A stretch of DNA of 61,985 nt, the filler included, from Choristocarpus tenellus KU-1152 (lineage: Eukaryota; Protista; Phaeophyceae), in assembly GCA_964200185.2 (NCBI GenBank). It is 14 parts of 14 records of this genome, joined end to end, with 100 filler letters (N's around TTAATTAATTAA, not from the genome) between each part and the next. Parts side by side here need not be neighbours in the genome. Positions count along the whole stretch, not along the records: positions 50,993 to 56,994 come from CAXNAD020009197.1; positions 57,095 to 61,985 come from CAXNAD020012646.1; 12 more parts are not named here. One strand, given 5' to 3'. How positions within the stretch are numbered: position 1 is the first letter of the stretch; each line of letters opens with the position of its first letter. Positions 54,279-61,985 of the stretch are shown here, piece after piece. Under the pieces are notes generated by a model. The model did no database searches. It had not been told where the DNA came from and was given only the letters and a program-made list of their open reading frames with translations. A program made the position numbers and the translations under genes.

Positions 54279-57094
54279 GTACGAAGTTGTTGCCGAGTTT
54301 CCTTTGCTTGGTTCGTCGTCAGTCAGCCCATTGTGGATCTTTTTGTTGTTCATCTTTCTTATCCCTCGTGGTCTCTCTGTCCAGAGCAACATGTTGCTCA
54401 GTACTGCATGCCGCATGTGTCCCGCGACCGCTCCCCACCTAACCCTTGTCCCATTCGTCCACTGCACCGCCACGCTTATAGCATTCAACGATGCGACCGA
54501 GAGTGTGGTTGACCGCACGCTATACGATAAGATATATTTTCAGCACGAGCTCAAAGAATCTATCAAGCGACAGACGAAGAAAAAATAAGTGTCACTAGTA
54601 GAGATCCGAAAAATGTACCAAAAGGTGAGGGAGTTGTCAACGTTGGTGGGATGGTTGCGCTCTACTCCTCCTCTAGTTGGGTTACAGATGTTGTGAAATC
54701 TCTCTGTGTCCTCCTATTCAATCTAAGTTGAGATAGTGTAGGAGCCCTGTCAACCAACCTATTGATTTTCGGGTGACCATGTAGTATGTATGTGTGGTTA
54801 ACCACAGACGTACAATAAAAAGCATCCTTGATTGTTTTATCGACGGTGTTGCCTGAAACCCCCCCCCACACACACACACAAATACATACCCCATTGGCGT
54901 GGTAATAACAATGCCTCATCCTCGCTGGCTGGGTGCATAATATTTTCCGTTTTCTGCCCATCGCGAAGGTGGGCGTTACTCCCCTGGCGAAAACAACTCT
55001 ACAAAACTGGCAGCAAGGCATAAAGTCCCTTCGACCAGAGTCCTTCGAGGTACTGAAGGAAGTGTGTGAGACCTCGTCACTACAGGTCGACCGCAACGCA
55101 GTCACACTGAACTATCTGAGTCACGAGGAGTTTGCCGGCTTCACTTCTCTCAAGCAGGGGCTATGCATCCATCTGCTTGCTAGGCAAGTCAAAACGCCAC
55201 TGTGTTTTATCGTGTAGACAGCAGTAAGCGCAATGTGTGCAGGTCGCAGCACATTGCACAGGAACGTTAAATAAGTTTCTCCTGCGATGAAGAATGTAGT
55301 CGGCCATTGTTGTGTCGAATGAAGAACCCTTCGTAGTATTGTGGTAATTCTACAACAGTGTGTGTTTCCTGTGTATGTGCGCTCTTGTCTTTTATGAACT
55401 ATGACAATCGATCCATGAACATTTGCTGCAGTGGTGACCCTTTCCTCATCATTACCTGCGCATCGTTCTCATTGACATCCTTCATGGCCATTCGCTTTTT
55501 GCAGGTACAAGTCGTTCTACGGAAAGGTTTCTACGGCAAGGGACTATAAGGACATCGAATCGGACGTGCACATGTCTGAGATGGTTTTCTTGCACACCAG
55601 GCAGATTGTGCCCAAGGAGAAGTGGACACCAGAGCTCCAAAGGTTGGTAATTGGTGCAGTTGCAGGGGTTATCTTTTTTTGCCTTTTCCGTATCTCCTGT
55701 GCGCCCATACGTCGCCATGCGCCCCTCAATTGTATAAAAATACTGTCGGCGTCTTTTTCGGCACCGCACTTATTGATTGTTGCAAAACTGCTCTAAATTC
55801 CGGACGTTACGTGAATGATGCATGGGTTGGCAGGGAAATGGACAGGCTTGCATATGAGAAGTGCAATATGCACGACCTCTGGGTCAAGCCCCACTACGAG
55901 GAGAGGAAGAGGGAGGTGGCCCAACTTCTGCAGAAGGTTTTATCTGGCGACCAGCAAGCGGGGCCTGTCCGGCAGCTGAGGGCAACATCTCTACGGTAGT
56001 CGGAATGAACCTCTGCAACGGGTCAGAGCCGTGAGTGTGCCTCCTGTGTTCGTAATTACAGCTGAAATGGCTTGTACCGAAAAAAATAGTTGATGCTTGG
56101 TAGGATTGGTGGTGGGTCTTTCTCATCATCATGAGTGACAGAGTTGCCTTCCCTACAACAAACGATGCTGTTTTGACAGTTCTAGACTTTCATTGCTAAT
56201 AGCGGGAATAGCCAATCATTTCCTTCAACTGTAGACAATGATCTTGGTCAATCTCCGCCTCGTTTCTGCTTCCAACACGTGTCACTGTCGTAACCTACAG
56301 ACAGGCTGGCGTCCTGGACATAGACTTCTTTCAAGCTATTTCACCCCGCAAGCTGCCTCCATTAAACACGTTCACCACGTCAACCGTATCGTTTGCTCTG
56401 TTCGATTGACATGCTATCGTACTTCCATTACACTCTCCCATTTTTGATGTCACCATCGTCCCCTCCTCTCCTCAACAACGTGCTCCGCCGTGTCCACCAC
56501 CAGATTCTCGAGAAGGACTCGACTCTATGCGCTTACCTCACCACCCGGGATGGGAAATACCAGGATGTCCTCAACCAGGTCAACCTCCATCGGGTTCACA
56601 GGGGGCGGGGCTGTGATGGTGGCGGCGCAGACGTTGAGAGTAACAATGGATCCGCATCAGATGGCCGTGAGAAAGAAGACGAGGGAGGGTGCGAACACAA
56701 AGGAGGGGATGGAGACGAGGGAGGGGACGAACACAAAGGAGCGGACGAAGACGAGGGAGGGAACGGACTGCCAGACAGGGAGGATACGGGCGAAGGGGGT
56801 TCTGTCGGCAGTGTTCCTGATGTGGAAGAAGAACAAAACGGCCATGGAGGGTGGAACGCGGGCGTTTGCTGTACTGAATGCAATCCTCCACCTCAGTCTC
56901 GGTGAGTAATGTAGTTGTAACGGTGCACATGGGGATGGCGGATAATTAATGGCGTAAGATTGGTTTCCATCCAATCCCCCGAACGGCTAACTAGNNNNNN
57001 NNNNNNNNNNNNNNNNNNNNNNNNNNNNNNNNNNNNNNTTAATTAATTAANNNNNNNNNNNNNNNNNNNNNNNNNNNNNNNNNNNNNNNNNNNN

Positions 57095-57133
57095 CAAATG
57101 GACGCGGCTCTACCCTCTAAGATACTTTGGCTC
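57095..57133. mobile_element. MITE family A terminus at contig start
   Basis: CAAATGGACGCGGCTCTACCCTCTAAGATACTTTGGCTC. Confidence 0.85.
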
Positions 57134-60100
57134 TCAGAGAAGCACCGTTTACCTATGTGTGTGCTCTAAAATCGATAGTCCCGTTCTCAGCCCTCAGACA
57201 GGCACACCACATCATAGTCAGGCGAATAGTCACTGGTCTTGTTTGTCCAGCTGGGGTGCAGTCCATTCTGTGAAGATTTTTTTTTATTATTTCTTAGTGT
57301 TGTGGCTGCCTCTGCTCTGCCCATCAGATTATGTCATTTTCTGTGCCTTGTATGCCTCTCTCTCAGGTTTTCCTGCTGGGCTTCTTCTAGGTGGAGACTC
57401 AGTCCAACCTCTCTAAACTCAATCTTGACCTCAAAAAGCAGACTCTGCACTTTGTATCTACTTCCTCTCTCCCCTTCAAGTCCCGTAACAAAGCCAGCAA
57501 CCAAAAACAAAATATAGGGAACATGCCTGCGACCCAATACATGTTAACACACACGCAGGCTGTATCAGAAGGCAAATGCATGCTGTATGGACATAGATTT
57601 TGGGGAAAAATATTATATAAATTCAACTTTCTCAACAAGAAACAAACATCTCAGTCCTGTAACAGAGAGTGGGGTACTTTTCTGCAACAAAGTGAGCAAA
57701 ACACAACCAAATATAGATATCAGGCCACACAACAAGTTATCGAGCAAGTGCATTATTTCGCCAGGTATTTATATTCAATTCGCACGTAAGCACTTCATAC
57801 AGCTACCCTGGACTGGGCCTGGCTAAAACATACTGATGTAAGCCCTGTATTAACCGCTTTCCTCAAAATAGAGGTTGCCGCGGCCCTTTCTGATTGTGAA
57901 GCAAAGGACTTGCCTGCAAGTCAGATGGGGAGTCGAAGAAGGAAGTGATGGAGTGAGCATGTGGGGTCGAGGCACACACACACATATATGTATATATATA
58001 TATATATCATTCTCATTCGTTTTAAGGTTGAGATCTTTGTCAATTATGATGTGTGATGTACCTGCATACACTACAACCACACTAAATTTGCAATAGAAAG
58101 GGCAAACATCAAGTCAACAAGTTAAGAGGGGTCTTGAGATCTTTGGTATACTCACATGTATTCGTATTCCAATATGAGCTACGCAGATGCCTGCAAGGCC
58201 TGCGATCACTGCTAGCACCATGATTGCAAAGATGATTACCCGTGGATAATGCGATTGGTCATACTCCTATGTTGTGTTGTGGCAAAAGAGTATGGACGTA
58301 GCACAGCAATTGGCAGAAACAGGAATTTATCACAGTGAGAAGCATCGCCTGCCTGGAATATATTCTAGCTGTACTAAGTGTGATAGCTCATGAGTTGAAT
58401 GCCTGATTAAAACCAGCAAAGTTCGAGCACATGCTTTTTTCATGTGTCCACATCCAGGAATGGATAGAAGGAGGAGGTCTGGCAACTTGTGGAGATATTA
58501 TATATGCATAAGAGTATATTTTAGCCCCTGTCTTGAAACCAAGCTCCTACAGTTTCGCCCTATCGATAAGCATGGCTAGATACTGGACTCATTGTACCTG
58601 CTAGAGTGATCAAAAAGCATATCCTGGCAGAGTTACGCTTTGACTTTGTAGGTCTTCTGTGTCAGTTTGCGTGGCAAATGTGCTTGGAGACTTGCTTTTT
58701 CGTACATATTGATTTCCTGATTTTCCAATGTTGCGCAAATGAATGAAAGACTATCCCACCTGTAATTGATCGCTCTTATCTTCGACATATCTGGACTCTC
58801 GCTCCGCAGTGAGCAGCACCAGTAATACCACCCCAATTACTGCCGTCCCGCCACAACTAAACACCCTGAGCAAAGAAGTCAAGATGGGGATAGAGTATGC
58901 AATGCTCGCAACTCACAGTACAGGTCTAGACGATGTGATACAGGATATGTCTATAGATCGCTACGCCAGCACTTAACTTATTGCCTTTACGGCGTAGTTC
59001 ATGATGAACTTCGGTAAAGCTTCACATCGAAATGTAACAAAGAACTACGCTCACACCAATATTATTTTGTCCCAGTCTCAGACTCGGCTTGGGAACCGAC
59101 CCACTCACCCTGGGCGCGGAGTCGTGGCTCCCACAAGGCAGATCAGGATAGAAATGATCGAGAAGAAGAATATAAGGAACACCCCAATCCCTAGCCCCAT
59201 CACACGGGTATCTTTCCTCTCGACAAGCGTGTTGTCAGTCATTGTCAAACTTTGTTTCAACAAAAATCAATGGCCTGTCCAGTAAATTTCAGTGTAGCCA
59301 GTCTTCTACCCTCACATCTCACTTCCCCACCCAGCCTAAGGCTGGACTTATGTTGGTTTCACCCGCTCAGCTCGTCGTGCGCGGTAGGACGTCTCAACAA
59401 GAGATTCTGGAAGTTGACGACCAATGAAGATACAAAATAATACCCAACTTTGACCACTAGTAACGCCTTTCGAGTTTATGAGAACACTTCAAAAAAATTT
59501 CATTGTTTATTCCATACCCATGTGATTTTTTTGTTTTCCGATAAATAGGGAAAATTGAAAGGGTTGGGGAAAATACTTGAGATCCACATGGTTAACCCCT
59601 CACGAAAGATTTTGACATGATCTCGAGTCTAATGGGTGCGAACCTCTAGATCTGCTGGGATGGGGGGCCACTTTGCACTATTTGGATACTAGCGCGCTGT
59701 TGAGAATCGTTATTCCGTGATGTGGTGGTTTCCTCAGGCAGGGGTGGCGAAGAGAATCACGGACCAAGACCAACCGTAACCTAATAGACAAGGTAAAGGT
59801 TGGACACGAGGGCAAGGGCTGAGGAAGAGTGGAGCATCATGGTTCGGATGGGGTTCAGAAATAAACCCCTCGAGAAATGGGAGGACCACCTTCGGAAAAC
59901 GTGCCCATCAAGAGGCGTCCCAGGAAGTCTCGGAAACATATCCTTCCAAAGATCGTCCACAGTTGAACCAAAGTTCTTAGAAAAGAGCCTCAATCCGTAT
60001 GTCGGTATGTATCACACGGAAATAACGGTAGAACAAAAGGATAACCCTGCTTTCCACATGATCCCCCCATCTCTTCAGCCTCAAAGCCATGCAAGCATAA

Positions 60101-60445
60101 TTTGGGATCAACCAAAAGGTGAGCTCTGGGAGCAAAATGGGAAAAAAAGTGTGACTGCTAACACACTACTACTGCAGAGTTGTGTTACACGACTTCATCA
60201 ATACAAAATGAAATGTAATGTATAAATGTTGCATAAATGAATATCTGTTCAGGATATCATTAGCCAAAGGTTGACAGTGTATGGTCAGCATACCAATCAA
60301 GCTTTTCGAGGTCTGAGTATTTGGGTTCAGCATACGAACAGTCAGGCAAAGTACGAGTGAGGTTGACGGGATGTGTTGATGGGATGTGATCAGCGTCGCA
60401 TCATCAGGCTCGTGGTTAAGGTCTAAGGGCATGGACCCAGCACAT

Positions 60446-60617
60446 GGCTCAAAGTGTCTTGGGGGGGGGGCTACACCAGGGTGTCCATTCGGGCTCTGAC
60501 TAGGAAAAGTGTACTTACATTATCCATCCGACGCATGCAACCAAATCACCCAAAAACCACGACATGGAAAAATGAACCCTGAATGGACAGCTGCCACCCC
60601 CCCCCATACTTTGAGCC
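60446..60617. mobile_element. MITE family B, full length
   Basis: GGCTCAAAGTGTCT ... CATACTTTGAGCC; TSD not clean. Further family B termini lie at contig edges near 30987, 36390, 40868, 41040, 44416, 47804, 50797, 61965. Confidence 0.88.
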
Positions 60618-61985
60618 TATATATCTCTTTTATCTTGTACAAACAGAGGGTACTGGAGAATGGGGATACCAGGAACAAACGCTTTGCAACGCCAATAATT
60701 ATTGACAAAATTTGTGATCTGATGATGCTATAAATGAGTGTTACATTATGTTTTGATTTCACACCAATGCGTGAAAACACAAGCGCGTGTAGGTGATCAG
60801 AAATCGATGCAACAGAAGACGAGATCAATAGACGATGTGCGCATACTTCTGCTTCCTCACATTTTGCTATGATAGGGAATATTGCTCACAGCTTCTAGAA
60901 TATTCCAAGGGGACAATAGGTCGTGCGATGTTGGAGATTCAACTCTCAATACGATATGATGTAACTGTACTGTCATTAGAGCCAAACCGATCGAGAGGTA
61001 GGCAGGTTGTACCCTTTTGCATTCTAAGCCCTCTTAATTACCCTGTGCAATACACTCTATTTCATTGCTTTATGTGCACAACATGTTTGCAAAATTGATA
61101 TTCCCCTTTTCCACACACATAGTAAACCACAATTCAGCTAAGACTGTTTCTGCAAATGTACAATATGGTTTACTTGCGTCCTTTCTTGGCATCCTTAAAA
61201 TGCAACCCTGTCTAACTCTCAGTTGGTTAGACTTACTAGATCATGCCAAGGGGATCACGCCACTCAAAAATATGTATTATTTGATATCTATGATGCAGCA
61301 TAGAGGTGGCACATCTTTATTCAGTCCTATTTTATAGCGCCCATGAAAGCAATAAAATGAATAATCGAAGTGAGAGGTTCAGCATATTTGAATGTGTTTT
61401 CTTTGTGGCACCTTCAACGAGCTTCATTATCCACATCCAGCCTAGTAGATTGGAGCTACAAATCCCATCATGGCAAGCTTGCAGAGAATTTGTAACAGAC
61501 TTAGTAAACACGATATGTCAAATTCAGAGCTGGTCATGAACAGATTGACTGAGATCTGTTGCCAGTTTTCTAATCTCTTTACAATATACGGTAGACTATA
61601 CCCATCGATGACAATGTGACATACAAACGATTATTTAATGAGATGGTGAACCTATGTACGGGATTATGATATGTGGGTAACACGAGATATAGGCCAAGAG
61701 AGACCAATCAAAAATGAGATTGGCGAGGATCTGTACAACATACTGGAGTGTATATACAATATTCTTTTCTTAGACGTTGGTTGTTCTACTACTTCGACAA
61801 TGCACAAGGTACAGACTATGCAAAGGTGAATGGTACCAGTAAAAACGAAATTTCAAGAAAAGACTGTTTAGGACTATAGCATGTACTGATTCTCCTATCC
61901 ATTTGCCGCACAATAAGCTGCAATAATTTCATGGCATTGTGGGATTTGTTCCTCTCTTTTGTAAGGCTCAAAGTATCAGGGGGGG

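Larger units (their letters stand above)
53361..56901 (+). pseudogene. Intron-containing ParB/Srx-domain (Spo0J-like) gene, disrupted, 3' off contig
   Basis: Exons ~53361-53977 (MITE-interrupted, +2 frameshift in an AG run), 54482-54624 (TAA at 54586), 54969-55183, 55505-55642, 55834-55936, 56504-56901 are phase-compatible. Motifs VRPLSERSLARVSKSIQEKGWL, LDRNHR, EEGLIANAFND, then an HTH-like VSLVEIRKMYQKVGVTPLAKTTLQNW. Confidence 0.7.

Noticed and set aside
59800-60225. 141-aa ORF as a gene
   Set aside because: No recognisable motif or convincing exon context; left uncalled.

Overview
This is eukaryotic nuclear DNA, most likely a brown alga or close ochrophyte (inferred from 72-nt LRR exon cassettes, an algal fatty acid photodecarboxylase, a stramenopile-type CCHC finger and intron-rich genes). 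It is not one locus: 14 short contigs are joined by 13 artificial 100-bp linkers (44 N + TTAATTAATTAA + 44 N), so neighbourhood arguments hold only within a contig. Contents: (1) a degenerate LRR exon-cassette gene ending in a ZU5/UPA-like exon (PIDD/FIIND-like architecture); (2) partial spliced genes for a membrane-anchored tyrosinase, FAP, a CFAP46/CHAT-like protein, a CCHC zinc-finger protein, a DOT1-type methyltransferase and an FN3-repeat protein; (3) about 26 whole or partial copies of two related MITE families with 4-bp TSDs (Sola-like), plus copia and RLE-type non-LTR relics; (4) on contig 50993-56994, a disrupted intron-containing ParB/Spo0J-like gene, a 172/271-bp tandem array carrying a parS-like inverted repeat, and a divergent Cys-rich, possibly transposase ORF. 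All protein family calls come from manual motif recognition; no searches were run.
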